Shown here piece by piece: positions 1-12,460 of a stretch of 64,000 bases of DNA. This stretch comes from Camelus ferus. Lineage: Eukaryota. The first letter of the stretch is position 1. Every line of letters starts with the position of its first letter. A program made the position numbers and the translations under genes. Below the pieces are notes generated by a model, which saw only the letters and a list, made by a program, of their open reading frames with translations, searched no databases and had not been told where the DNA came from. The DNA lies in contig NC_045697.1 in the NCBI RefSeq assembly GCF_009834535.1, positions 72,790,001-72,854,000 on the forward strand, in the 5' to 3' direction.

Positions 1-100
1 TATAGCACCAATTTTCCTCTCTTCTTTACATCTATCTACTGCTTCCAGTTCTTATTATGACCAACAAGGCTTTGCATAAAATATCCCTTTCTCACTTTTT

Positions 101-508
101 CAGTTAAAGTAGACTAAACTACTGCAACAAATAGACCTCCAAAAGTCAGGTTTCAAACAGTGGGAATTTATTTCTCACTCTTATAGCAGTACAGTATCCA
201 TATTCCAGGTGAGCAGGTGTTCTGCTCCACACTGGGTCACAGGCTGATGAACTCAGCAGTCTCCAACACTTGACTTTGAAGGTTGTTCTGGACGTTGCTT
301 TCCATTGATGACTCCTGAAAGAGGAATACAGAGCATGAAGAAGCACACATGGGGTGTTTTATGGGGAAGGCATGGAAGTGGAACACCAATGGATAACACA
401 GTTCATTCCTGTGGAGGCCAGGAAATGTAGTGCAGCTGGGCATTCATATATCCAGTAACTATGGAGACAAAGTGAGGAAGATCTTTGGTGAGTCACTAGC
501 AGTCTCAT
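101..508 (-). mobile_element. Old MaLR LTR (MLT1 family) fragment
   Basis: MLT1-like motifs gaatttatttctcac, ggcatggaagtgg, ggaggccaggaaatgtagt, tttggtgagtcactagcagtctc. Confidence 0.55.
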
Positions 509-594
509 CTCCATTTGTTGTCCTCTCCTTCTTCCTTCTCTGTTATCCAGAGACGTTGAGTTTTAGTTCCTTGATTGTTCCTTCTTTCCCTGAG

Positions 595-870
595 GGTTTT
601 GCACATGCCATTCTTTCTGCTTCATATGCCTTTCATCCCTTCTTTACAAGCTAAAAATTATTATACTGAATTAGGAATATTTTATGTTCCTGCTGAAAGT
701 TGTTGTCTCCTTTGTAACACTAGGATAACTTATAATAATCCCTTCAATGGCTGTCTGCCGTGCTAGAGTGTAAGATACAGGAGTAAGGGAACTCTCAGTA
801 TTGTTCTCTGCTGAATCCCCAGTATCTGGCGCATAGCAGATGCTTAGTAATATTTCTTGAATGAATATAT
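595..870 (+). mobile_element. L2 LINE 3' end
   Basis: tttgcacatgccattctttctgc ... tagagtgtaag ... ccccagtatctggcgcatagcagatgcttagtaatatttcttgaatgaat, the typical L2 terminus. Confidence 0.7.
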
Positions 871-1219
871 GGAGGATGAATAGATGGTTGGGTCAGTGGA
901 AACATAGATATAGTAAGGGATGAATGGGAAATAAGCTGACACAACTGCACTGTGACACTGTTGGTTTTTCTCTATGAATGTTTTCTGCAAAAGTAGTGTA
1001 GGTGGTTGCAGAAAGAAAAATTGAGAAGATTGGTACAATTTGGGATAGTTAAAAAAGAAAAATGATAAAGGAAGGTTAATGAGTAAAAGAAAAAAGTTGT
1101 CCAACAATGTTGAGTATTTAATTAAACCACAACTCTGTAGTGCTAACTAACCATTATGATTTTCTCTAGCCTCAGTCATATAGTGTCAGAGAAAATGCAT
1201 TTTGAAGACGATAATGGTT

Positions 1220-1405
1220 AATAATGGCTACAATATATTGATTCAGGTATGAGCTTAGTACTTTACATGTAATATTTCATGTAATATTTTCAACATTTTC
1301 CTTATTTTATAGATGAGGAAACTGAAGGTCCGAAAATTTATGTCCTAAGGATATGCAGTTATCAATCAGAGAAGCTTTGACTTGTGCTCCAGTCTGTCAG
1401 ACTTC
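1220..1405 (-). mobile_element. MIR SINE
   Basis: Core ttttatagatgaggaaactgaagg. Confidence 0.7.
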
Positions 1406-3439
1406 CAGCATGGAGATTTACAAAGCAGGCTGGCAGAGGTGTGACTGTCTCAGGAAATTAACAATAGTGCTGTGAAGATGTCCTTAAAGTGCTGGTTCCT
1501 AGGGTGTTTGAGCAAAGAAGGTATGCGGCTTCATGGATGCTTAGTGGGAAGAGACAGCGGTAGAGGTGTAAATATAGGTGTGTGAATTATGTTTTCAAAT
1601 CTCAGACCAGAAAGTGAATTTAGGAAGAAGACAAGGCCCCAAATATGGACCTGAATAGTGTTTTGTCTGAGGGGAATGGGAGTGAAGTTTATTAGGTGGC
1701 TCTCTATGTGGACATTGTCTTTCAGAATAATGACAGGAATTGATTGCAGTCTTTTACCAAAGTCCTCACTAACGCGGTGGCATAAGAAAGTGGAGGGTAG
1801 TTGATGATAGTGATGAAGATGAGAAACATAGGATATAGTTGAATTTTTAGGGGCTCAAATAAGGAGCGATTTTCAGATGAATATCAAATGTAATGAGAAT
1901 GAAATTGCAGTGGGTAAACAGGAGATAGATGAACATATCTTCTTTCTGTAAAGTATGGGAGAATTAACAGCTTCTTTTGAGGGCCTTTATGTCATTAGAG
2001 GAGAGACAGGTTATAGCAGGGCCAAAAGATGGAGGGGATGGATCATCAAGATGTTGTGTATTATAGAGAAGTTTCTTTGAAATGGAATGGGATTCTATGT
2101 AGTTCCAGTAAAAAGAGGTAGAAGTAGAATCAGCAAGGTAATGATAGCTCTGGGAGGGAGAAAATATAAATTAGATGGACGGGGGTGCAGTGTGGATTAC
2201 AGATCAAGGGCACTAGACAGGCAAGAATACAGAGGAAGATGGGACATACTTGAAACTAACTAACTAGCCTCAGGTTTCCAGCTGGGGCTTTGATGGAACG
2301 TTGTTTTGTTACTGCTGAAAATTCAGATCCAAGCATTCTGGGGGAGCTAGAGAACACGAGGCGAATTGCAAAAAAATAAAATAGTAAGGGCTACTAGAGT
2401 GAGAAGAAACTTGGATAAAAATAGAAATTAAACTTTATCTAGGTGGAACACATTTTAAAAGAGGGTGGTAATTTGAGGGAAACATGAGAAAAATAACACA
2501 ACCTCTTTATTTTATAAATTTATCATTTGTTACTCTTTAGTAACCAAGACAATCTTAATGTTCTCCTCAGCTTGGCTAAACTTTAGACAGCTTATTCCTG
2601 ACTCTAGGCTCCACTCTCTCACCATTTCCTTAAAGACTGACTTTTTAAAAGTAGACTGTTTCCTAACTGAAAATAGGGGAATAATAACTTGAAATAGCTT
2701 AGGAGATTTGATTGTTCAGAGAAAAGTTTCCAAGCCAGCTAAAATTTCCAGAGACACTTTTCACAGAAAAATCAGAGAAGTATATATTCAAGTATTCTTC
2801 TTTTGCTGGGCATATAAGAATGCCACGGAGTATTTACAAAGTTAAGAGGAATAGAAGTGTGCCTTTGCCATTACCAGTATTGACCTCCCACCTTTCAATG
2901 AGTTATCTAAAGAGATGATTAAACCTTCCCCCAAGTGGGTCTCTGAGCACTTCTGTTGTGTTTGCCAAAGGGCACCACTGACTGTGCATTGTTTCCTCTA
3001 AAAGTCACCCTCTCCTTGATTCTTTGTCATAAGGGACAAATCAGGCGTTTAGCCAGTGCTAGACTGTGATAGTCTTCACCCTGTTTATAAAAGCAAATGT
3101 TGGGGTGATATATGTTAGAAAATTAACTAAAAGTGTGCTCAGTGAGACTGGAGATGGTCATTAGGAAGCTTCTTGGAATCCTTGTCTTGGAACACATGCT
3201 TCAAAGCGTGGGTTAGATATTTTATGGACTGTGTCACTGAGACAATCTTTATCAATAGACATTAATTCCCTTTCCAAATATTTTATTCTATTGAGAGAAT
3301 GTGTATATGTACTAGATATTAATTTGAAAAAATAATTTAAGCATCAAGTATTTGTGAACATGTGAATAGATACTATAATGCTGATACGAACCCTGTCCTT
3401 AAAGAAATGGTAACAGCGGCAACAGCAGCAATACCAAGA

Positions 3440-3660
3440 GAGTAACTGTGCATTCTCTTCTGCTGAGTGCTTTACACGTAGTAACTTGTACAACTTTCTG
3501 TTTAAGTTATGTATAATTTAACATATTCACATTTTGTAAATGAGTAAATTGAAGTTTACAGAGTTCTTATTAGCCATCTAAGTTTATGTAACTAGTAAGA
3601 GAAGGATGAAAACACAGGTGTGGTTGGTGAAAAAGTTTGGGCTCTAATTCACTACATAAT
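3440..3660 (-). mobile_element. MIR SINE (degenerate)
   Basis: cacattttgtaaatgagtaaattgaagtttacagag core. Confidence 0.55.
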
Positions 3661-4959
3661 GCTGCCTCCCTGATAGCACGTTTAAGATACAATGAACAGA
3701 TTGAAGTGAAAAAATATGTTTCTACTTTAGAAGTGTATGCTTTGGGTTTCTCAGAGGGATTCAACTTTGGATCACTAATGCTCCATCACTCAGCTGCCAC
3801 ACCATGATCAGCTGACGTCAAAGAGGAGCTTGAGATAAGAGCATCATTCACCGGGTTTCCGTGATTTCACTGGTATGAATGAAGAGGAGACCTCATAAAT
3901 CTGAAATTCTGGTCTCTTCTATTGCAGATAGACATGCAAATTCCATGAGTTTTCTTTTCCCTCCTCCAACTCAGCTTGAGGAGGAAAGTTAAGCACCACT
4001 TAACTTCCACTCCACTCTCCCTCAGGAAGGGTAACTACCATAATGCTCTCTACTTATATGGGTTTCCTTAATTTTTGTGTCGTCTGAATTGGTTGAAGGA
4101 CTAATTTTGGTAGCTCTTATTAAGTCCAATGAGCTTCTCATAATGCATCAGCGATTTTCTCCAGCTTTGAAGCACTGGCTAAAATTTTGAGAAAGCAAGA
4201 AAAGATCTATTTTATATTCTTTAATTGCAAATTTGATCATAAATTTGTTCCTCCTTATCTTCTAAATATACAAACATGCTTAATTTTCATTGACGTGTAG
4301 ATAACTCACAAAGGGAAAAACTGGAAAAGATAAAAGAAGTTAGAAGACAAACTCACATTAAAGCAAAACAAACCAAACTTAAAACTAAGTCTGTCACTCT
4401 GCATGAATAAAATGTTACAGAACTGGATAAATGTCAAAGAATCAAGGATTAGGTTATATAATTTCTAAAAGGATACTATTTTAATTATCTTTAAGACCCT
4501 TCTATCTTTATTTACAATAGTTGAGTTTTACAGAATTCTCTTGCAAACCAGAGAGATAAATGTACTCAGGCTAAAAAAATTAAAACTCTGGGTTTGATCT
4601 CTCTAGGAAACCGTCTGGAGCAAGCTATTGGTCTGTTCTGCTCTGAGAGTTTGTTTTTCAGGGAAACGCTTCACTAGGCTCAATTTCTAAAGCAAATCTG
4701 ATTTAAAACCTATTTGAGAACATTAGCTGCTTTTTGAGTCTCTTAGGACTCAAACGAGAAAAGCCACATTTATAATCTCTGTAACTACCAATAAGCTTAT
4801 GATAGTTCTGTTCTGGTCTTCCCAGTGTCCTGTGAGATGACCACATTGGGCAGTGGACCCCAAATAGGACTTCATGAAACTGCTGTCTAGGATGAGATCT
4901 TGACGTTTGTGTGTATGTGTGTGTGTGTTGTGTTTGTGTGTGTGTGAGCAGAAGTTTAT

Positions 4960-5070
4960 TTCTCTTGCACAAACAACCAGGAGTGGGATTTTTGAGTCAT
5001 ATAATAAGTGTGTTTTAACTTTATAAGAAACTGCCAACTGTTTTCCAGAGTGCCTGTGCCTCATGCATAT
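4960..5070 (-). mobile_element. L1 ORF2/3' fragment next to (TG)n microsatellite (4908-4946)
   Basis: ccaggagtgggatttttgagtcata...taactttataagaaactgccaactgttttccagagtg. Confidence 0.65.
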
Positions 5071-6252
5071 TCTCCTTGACTTGAATTTTTTTCTCTATAC
5101 CAATCATATGCTGATAATAAAAAGAATAAGAGAATTAAAATAATGAGGACTATGCTGGCTGTGGGATAGGATTAGAAGGAAGAGCAGAGTTCCAAGGGTG
5201 GGTTCCATGAGCTGCAAGCAGTATAGCTATGGGAAATATATGCCCCTGATTTCCAGGTTAGTACAGACTTCAAGCATGGACACAGGCACTGGTTTTGGCA
5301 CCCAAAAGAATGCTGCAAAATTTTCTTTTATAATCATAAGGAGTGTGAAGATTTTCATCAAGTTATGTATATTGGATTTTTTGTTGTGGAGACTATATTA
5401 TTTTTCACCTTAATGTCTTGAGGCCTGGTTCAAGACCCTGCAGTACACGTTTAGTCATAATGAGGGCTTATCTTGGGACTTATTTAACTCAAAGTACTCA
5501 AAATTTGTAATAATATAAGCCTGCTTCATTTTTATTCAAGTTCCATTGCATGGAGCTCCTTAAATTAGAATTAGTGAAATTATATAATGCTTAACAGTTT
5601 TAGCCTTGAAAATAGCTATTTTGTTATTATCTCTTCTTGTAGGAAAAGTAACATTTTGGCTCAGGATAACTTCTACTTGGGAAGTCTTTAGCTGCAGGGG
5701 TCCAAGAAGGGCCAAAAAGAGGCCCTGTCTGACAAATGAGAGCAAAAGTGTCAGTTGCTCACATTCTGCTCTAATTTGTTCTTTCAGGGAAAAAGGATGA
5801 AAATGATTTCTGCTAGATTCAGCCAAAGTCAACCATGTAAGACATCAGATTAGGGTTTAAGGCTCAAAATCAAGGCTGTTCCCATGTTTAAATCCTTTAC
5901 TCAAAGAAAACAAACTCTAATTGCAGTTTTCTCCAAATTCTCCATGCTTATTCTTGCTGTCGTCCCCTCTTCTCTGGCAAATTCGTTATTTACCACATTT
6001 GTGGTCAGAACCCAAGTTAAGCTTCACCATGAAGCCTTAGCTCCTCAGCAGCCTGACCATCTGCTGACTCATAATGTGATTTAACTTTGATTTCCACTTG
6101 ATGGGATTAAGATACTTACTATGTAGTATTGAGTACATAAAAGCTAACCATACACCCCTCTAGAACTCAAGAAAAAAAAATGACTTTCAAGACAGTCTTC
6201 AGCCCTTCCTCCTTTTCTGAATAGTAGCAACTTCAAGTTACCAAAACAAAAC

Positions 6253-6289
6253 TATATATATATATATATATACACACACACATACACAC
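6253..6289. repeat. (TA)n(CA)n compound microsatellite
   Basis: Directly visible. Confidence 0.9.
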
Positions 6290-7488
6290 TAATTGGGGAT
6301 AGAGTCTATGTCAGTCCTAGTTTCAAGCTTTGGTGAATGATATGGATATTTAAGTTTAGTGGCTTTCTATAACTTGACTCATTATACTTCATAAATATCC
6401 CTGCTGTATCCTTGAATATCTAAAATTAATCCAGAAAAGCTCTGACTAGGCATCAAATAGTATTTGAAACTTTATTCCAACTCTAGGTTTTCCATGGCAC
6501 CTCAACTGCCTAGTTTTTATCTCTCCCAAAGGCTGTTGGTAAACTACATCTTTCCCCCAATCTCTTTAGATTTACACTAAGTTGAAAGTGACAAAAAGCT
6601 ATTTTTCCTAGCAATCATCTTCTCATATCACAGTTATACCTTTTGTGGAATAAAGTTATCTAGGGAAGCACATGGTAATCTGTATCAGCTCAGATCAATA
6701 TGTAGGCTTTTAAGTTACTTTCTTAAAAGTTATAATTACCTAAAGTAATAACTTTTAACTTTCTGTGAAGAAAATAATTACTGAATTAACTTGATTAAAT
6801 ACAATGAAATAATTATATTTGCAGTTATTAAAAGTTTAATTTTAGAACATTAATCTCTGTATAGTAAAACTATAATTGACCACATCTGCTTAAGAGGCTG
6901 TCATATAAGCCATTTAGTAAAAATTGCTTTAGTATATATTTAATGTAATACTGATCTGAGTGAAAAGCGATAAATTAATCTACAAAGAACAGAAAGTCTT
7001 AATTCAGATTGGGGCATCCTCAGATGACTTTGATTAATTAGTATCAGTTCATTGGAGTTAGGAGCTCTGGAATTTAGTGCTCTGAATTTTACATGCCTAT
7101 AATTTTGTGATTTTTGATACATCCGTTTTCTCTGAAACCACCTACTGTAACTTTTATTTAGATATTTTTCTGGAGGATAAATTAATTGATATGTTGACAA
7201 TCTTTAAATTTTATTTTCCTCCAATAAAACTGCTCTCTAGCATTGAAAAGTGAGATTGATGTTATAATTTTTCCTATTTCAGACATAGATTTCTATCAGA
7301 GTTTTCAAAATTTAATGCCCAGATCTCTCAGAAAAGAAAAATGGTTGTGTATCAGGTATGATACACAGTTATGCATTTGGCTTCAAGTAATAGAGAACCT
7401 GATTAATGTTGTCTTAAAGCATAATGATCATTTTAAGTCTCTTTAATCAGAAGCTCGTATGTAGATGGTCCTAAAGTTGGTTCACAGG

Positions 7489-8497
7489 TGTATTTGTCTT
7501 TCTCTGTCTAACTTATTTTCACTAAGCATAATAATACTCTCTAGGTCCATCCATGTTGTTGCAAATGGCAAAATTTTATTTTTTTATGGTTGAGTTATAC
7601 ACACACACACACACATGCATATATTTATATATCACATCTTCTTTATCCATTCATTGGTTAATGGCCACTTTAGGCAGCTTCCACATCTTGACTATTGTAA
7701 ATGATGCTGCTATGAACATTGGGGTTCATTTATCTTTTCAAATTAATGTTTTCATTTTATTTGGATGTATACTCAGGTGTGGAATTGCTGAATCATATGA
7801 TAGTTCTATTTTTAGTTTTTGAGGGAACTCCATGCTGATTTTCATAATAGCTGCCCTAATTTACACTCACCAACAGTATACTAAGGTTCCTTTTCTCCAC
7901 ATCCTTGCCAACATTTGTTATCTGTGTTCTTTTTCATTTGTTCTCTTACCCATATAGAGAACAAATGAAAGAAGCAAAGAAATGCAGTTGTTAAAGCATA
8001 AAGTTTGGATTAATAGAGGCCATTCTTGAAATCCCACTTGTTATTTCTTGTCTATTTGATAATAGCCATTTTGACAGGTAGAGGGTGATATCTCATTGTG
8101 GTTTTAATTTACATTTGTCTGATTTTTAGTGATGTTACACATCTTTTCATTTGCCTCTTGGCCATCTGTATATCTTCTTTGATAAAATATCTGTTTAGGC
8201 CTTCTGCCCATTTTTTAATTGGGTTCTTTGTTTTTGATATTGACATATGTGAGCTGTTTATATGTTTTGAATATTAACCCCTTATCAGTCATATCAGTTG
8301 CAAAGATTTTCTCCCACTCTGTAGGTTGTCTTTTTGTTTTGTCAATGGTTTCCTTTGCTATGCAAAAGCTTTTAAGTTTAATTAGGTCCTGTTTGTTTAT
8401 TGTTGCTTTTGTTTCCTTTGTCTTAGGAGACAGAGCTAAAAAAATATTGCTGTGATTTAATGTTAAAGAGCATTGTGCCTTTGTTTTCTTCTAGGAG
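7489..8497 (-). mobile_element. L1 (L1MA-like) ORF2 3' region, interrupted at ~7935-8034
   Basis: Antisense L1 motifs: ccatccatgttgttgcaaatggca, gctgctatgaacattgggg, gatatctcattgtggtttt, caaaagcttttaagtttaattaggtc. Confidence 0.9.
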
Positions 8498-8509
8498 TTG
8501 GGCAAAAGA

Positions 8510-8940
8510 CTCAAGCCAGCTTTTGATAAAGTAATAGGTCTCTATGACCAATACATTTTTTAAAAGGTACTCAACTTCATTAGTCATCACTAAAATACGA
8601 ATTAAAACAGTAATATAGCTTATTTCACTCCTGACAGGACAGCTAATGTGAAAAACACAGACAGTCCAAAAGTGGTTGAGGACCTGGAGCATCATGAAGT
8701 TTTGTAGACTGCCAGTGGGAGTATAAATTAATGCAACCACTTTTGAAAACTGTTTGGCAGTACCTTTTAAAGCTGAACTTACCTATGCCTTACAACTTTA
8801 TGATAAAGGCACCTAGATACAAATATAAGAATATTTTGTAGCATTACTCTTTGTAATGGCTTAACACTGGAAATACCCCAGTGTTCAACCATAGAACAAT
8901 GGAGTACTATACAGAACTTGAAATAACAAATTTCAAACCT
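8510..8940 (+). mobile_element. Older L1 (L1ME-like) ORF2 3' fragment
   Basis: ctcaacttcattagtcatc...aattaaaac...tgccagtgggagtataaatt...aaccacttttgaaaactgtttggcagtac. Confidence 0.75.
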
Positions 8941-9989
8941 CATATGGCAAAAGAAGATCCATGGGTGCTTTCAAATGTTACTTAAAGTCTTGGGTCCAAT
9001 GTTGGGATTTTATTTTTGGTGGTGAGCTATTGGACTTGACATAATCTTATCACCTAATATAGAGTTCCTTCTAGAATCATACAGTACATCATATGTTATA
9101 TGTTGGAGATGTTGTGAAGGGGGATGATTTGGGGAAAAATGCTCAATTCCTGTTTCTAACAACTGTTTGGTTTCAGAGTTATACACAAATCTGTAGAGAG
9201 AATCATGTTTCATGATAAAATTAGTTTCCTCTTGTTAACAACTTTTGTTAGATACATATTATGATCATTTCTCAATAATGTAGAACATATAGCATTTGTA
9301 GCTCAAAAAGGTAAGGCAAGTTAAATTGTGTTTCAGCTTTTTAAAAGTGCATTTTAATTTGCTTTACTGTTGTGATACCAGCATCTATATAAATTTTCGA
9401 TGTGGCACTATGGCACTATGACTTTTGTATATTTCTACACAATTTTACTGAGGTTAAACATATTTTGAGAGATATTATTTCAGATACACAATAAACTTAC
9501 AACTCGGTCAACTAAAGTGTAAAGGGAAGGCTTTCTCTCTTACGTGCTTCTTATTTATAGCTTGCTTACTTTGCTATAATTTGATGAATGGATTTTGGCT
9601 AGACGCTGACAAGGAAGTTATACAATTTCTTTTCAGTCTTTAAAAAACTGTCTCTAAGTGAATTGGAATTTTATAATTCTGATTTTCCTTCCTTTGTCTG
9701 TGTGTTGTCTCAAGACTTATTAGAAGCTGACTGAAGCAGACCATGTCTGTTTAATAATTTTTTTTATTATTATATAGGTACTGCATTTAAAAATTATTTA
9801 GAATCATAAAACTCGTGACATCTAATTTAATTCCTGGGAAACCCCTGTGGAACAGTTACTATTCCCATTCTACAGAGGAAAACTAAGATTCAGAAAGATC
9901 ACACAGCTAGTGGGATTTGAAGAATGGCCTATGTTAATACTTAATGCTTTAACAACTGCATTCCTTTGCTTCATTAATTTCTTCTTTTA

Positions 9990-11730
9990 ACCATTATACA
10001 TTATATCAGGCGTGGCCCTGGATACTGAGATAGCATTGGTGAATAAGCCAGCCCAGGTACTTGCTCTTATCAGCTTCCAGTCTGGGAGGGGAAACAGACA
10101 TCAAGTAAATGAACAAATAAACTAGAAAGATGTCAGATAGTAGTAAATATATGAAGAAAATTAAAAGAAGGTGATATGATAGAGATTGAGAGATCAGGGA
10201 ATATATCTAAGAAGCGATATCATTTTAACTGAGATCTGGTTAACAATAATTAGCCAGCCATGACAAAAGCAGAAAGAAGCTCTTTCCAGGAAGAAAGAAC
10301 AACTCATTTAAAAGCCCGAAGGCAAGAATTCTAGGGTCAGACGAAGAATTTAATTCTGTGGTTGAAACAGGGTGGGTGATGTGAAGCATAAGGCAAGATG
10401 AATCGGGGAGGCAGGCAGAAATAAATCATTTAAGAGTTCGTAAACCAGAAAAAGAATTTATATTTTGAGTGTGATGGAAACGACTGGAGTTTTTAAAAAC
10501 TGGATTCTGTGTGAATAATGAATTTTTCACAGTAAGATTAAAGGCTGAGGGTCCAGCTAAGGGATCACTGTGGAGATATAGGTGAGAGATAATGTTAGCT
10601 AAATACTGGAGGTAATGCAGTTGGAAAGAAACAGATAGTTTTGGGTTACATTTTTGGGGCAGAGTTGATGGGACTTTCAAACTGATTAAATGTGGATAAG
10701 AGGGAAAGAAAAGAAAAGACAGCTTATTGGCTTAAGCAACTTGTTGGATGATAGCACTAAATATTGAAATATTGATCAGAAGAATATGACCACCTCCTAT
10801 TCATCCCGTAGGTGATAGAGAGATTCTGTGCCCTAAATTATAGGAGATGATCAAACATACAACACCTGACAGTGGACGGATGAGATCGACAGCAGTTAAT
10901 TAATCATATATTCTTACAGCCCAGGGGAAGAGGGTACCACATGCTACTCTAGGCCTAACAGGTATTGCACAGCACAGTGAAGAAGAAGAAGCTGTGGAAG
11001 GCAGGCCTTGTAGTAACAGAAGGGTGAGCTGCTCTCTGGTTCCTGCAGGATAGTATGCTTACATTGCTTAAATAATTTTATGGGTTGGCAGTGAGGTGAA
11101 TTTGTTAGGTTGAGGACCAGGTGGGGTGCAGCTGGTTCATCTGATAAGGAACTAATCAGATGGGAAACATTTCCTGCTGGGTGGGGCATTTCTGGCAAGA
11201 ACAGGGAACTCACAGCTAGACCTCTGAGGCCCTGTGAAGCTCAAAGATGTCAAGGCAGCACTTGAAATTTTAGATCTTATAATACAGGGGGAAAATCAAG
11301 TTCCCTGTGATCATATTATGTTTGAGATCTTTGTGTGAAGATTCCATACAAGTGGAGATGTCAGGTTGAATATACACACCTAGAATTGTGAGATGGCTAA
11401 TTTGGAGGTAGTAATTTAGGAGATACAGATATTTAAAGTGATAGGTCTGGATGGGAGAGTATATTGATAGAGAAGAGAAAGGGGCCCAGGACTTAGCTTT
11501 GGATACATTTCCACGTTGAAAGGAGTGTCAGTCAAGTAGACTAGAAAGAGTTGCTGGTGAGATAGGAAGAAAACCAGGAGGCTGAAGTGTCTTGATCCAA
11601 GAGAAGTATTCCAAGAAGAAAGTGATCACTTATGACAAATGCTCTTGAGTTGTCTTGTAAGATAAATTATCATTGGATTTACAACATGATAAACATGACA
11701 AGAGAGTCCCTGTGGAGTTGTGAGAGATGG
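9990..11730 (-). mobile_element. L2 LINE remnant, interrupted by an LTR
   Basis: Purine-rich antisense L2 motifs (ctggatactgagatagcattggtgaataag, ttccaggaagaaagaaca, ggcttaagcaac, agtggagatgtcagg, ggaagaaaaccaggag) on both sides of the LTR. Confidence 0.7.
10773..11286 (-). mobile_element. ERVL-type solo LTR (MER73/MER74-like) nested in L2
   Basis: Minus strand starts TGTATTATAAGATCTAAAATTTCAAGTGCTGCCTTGACATCTTTGAG. GC-richer than flanks. Left boundary approximate. Confidence 0.55.
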
Positions 11731-12019
11731 AGAGAACATTGGAAATCCTTTGTTGCTCCGCATTTAAATTTCATTGAAACAAGTAGTGTCTCCTGGTCTC
11801 TAGCCTCTAGTTATTATTTAGGTTAACAACAACAAAAACAAATCTCCTATAGAATCTAAGGCACATGGATACAGTAAATAATCATGGAGTCTCCTTCCAC
11901 AGGATGTTAGTCTCATCTCTCTTTCAGAGGCCAATATAAGAATTTGTGGGGTGGGTCCTATAAGGTAAGTTCTTAGTCACCTGAGAAGTCACAGCAGGCA
12001 GAGGTATAGCGACCAGCAC

Positions 12020-12460
12020 ATGGCCCTGCCTTCCTCTCCTGTCATACTCCCTCAATGTTTACTCTGGAGGCTTGATAACTTTCTTTTAGTTTCACAAGCA
12101 AGACAAGTTCCTGCTTCAGAGCATTTGCATACACTTTTATCTCTGCCTGAAAAAAGAATCTCCCATTTTCTTCTGGAAAATCTCAATCAGGATCACCTTA
12201 GATTTTGTTTAAATGTCTCTTTTTCAGGAAATCCTCCTTGTCCTCTCAGATGAGGTCATATTTCTCTGCTAAAAATTCTCATTGTGAATTTTTCCTTCAA
12301 AACTCTTCCATGGTAATAATTAAATGCATATCTATGTAATTACTATCTCCATCACTTGACTCTAAGTTTTATGACGTTTTGGTCTCTATTTTGTTCTTAA
12401 TGATATTTCAAGTGCCTGGCACAACTGCTGGTACAATGTGAGGAAACAATGAATATTTTT
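12020..12460 (+). mobile_element. L2 3' end
   Basis: agagcatttgcatac, gactctaag, agtgcctggcaca, caatgaatattt. Confidence 0.65.

Noticed and set aside
7489..8940. Opposite-orientation L1 pieces as a twin-priming 5' inversion
   Set aside because: Both cover overlapping parts of the ORF2 3' region and differ clearly in decay, so independent insertions are more likely.
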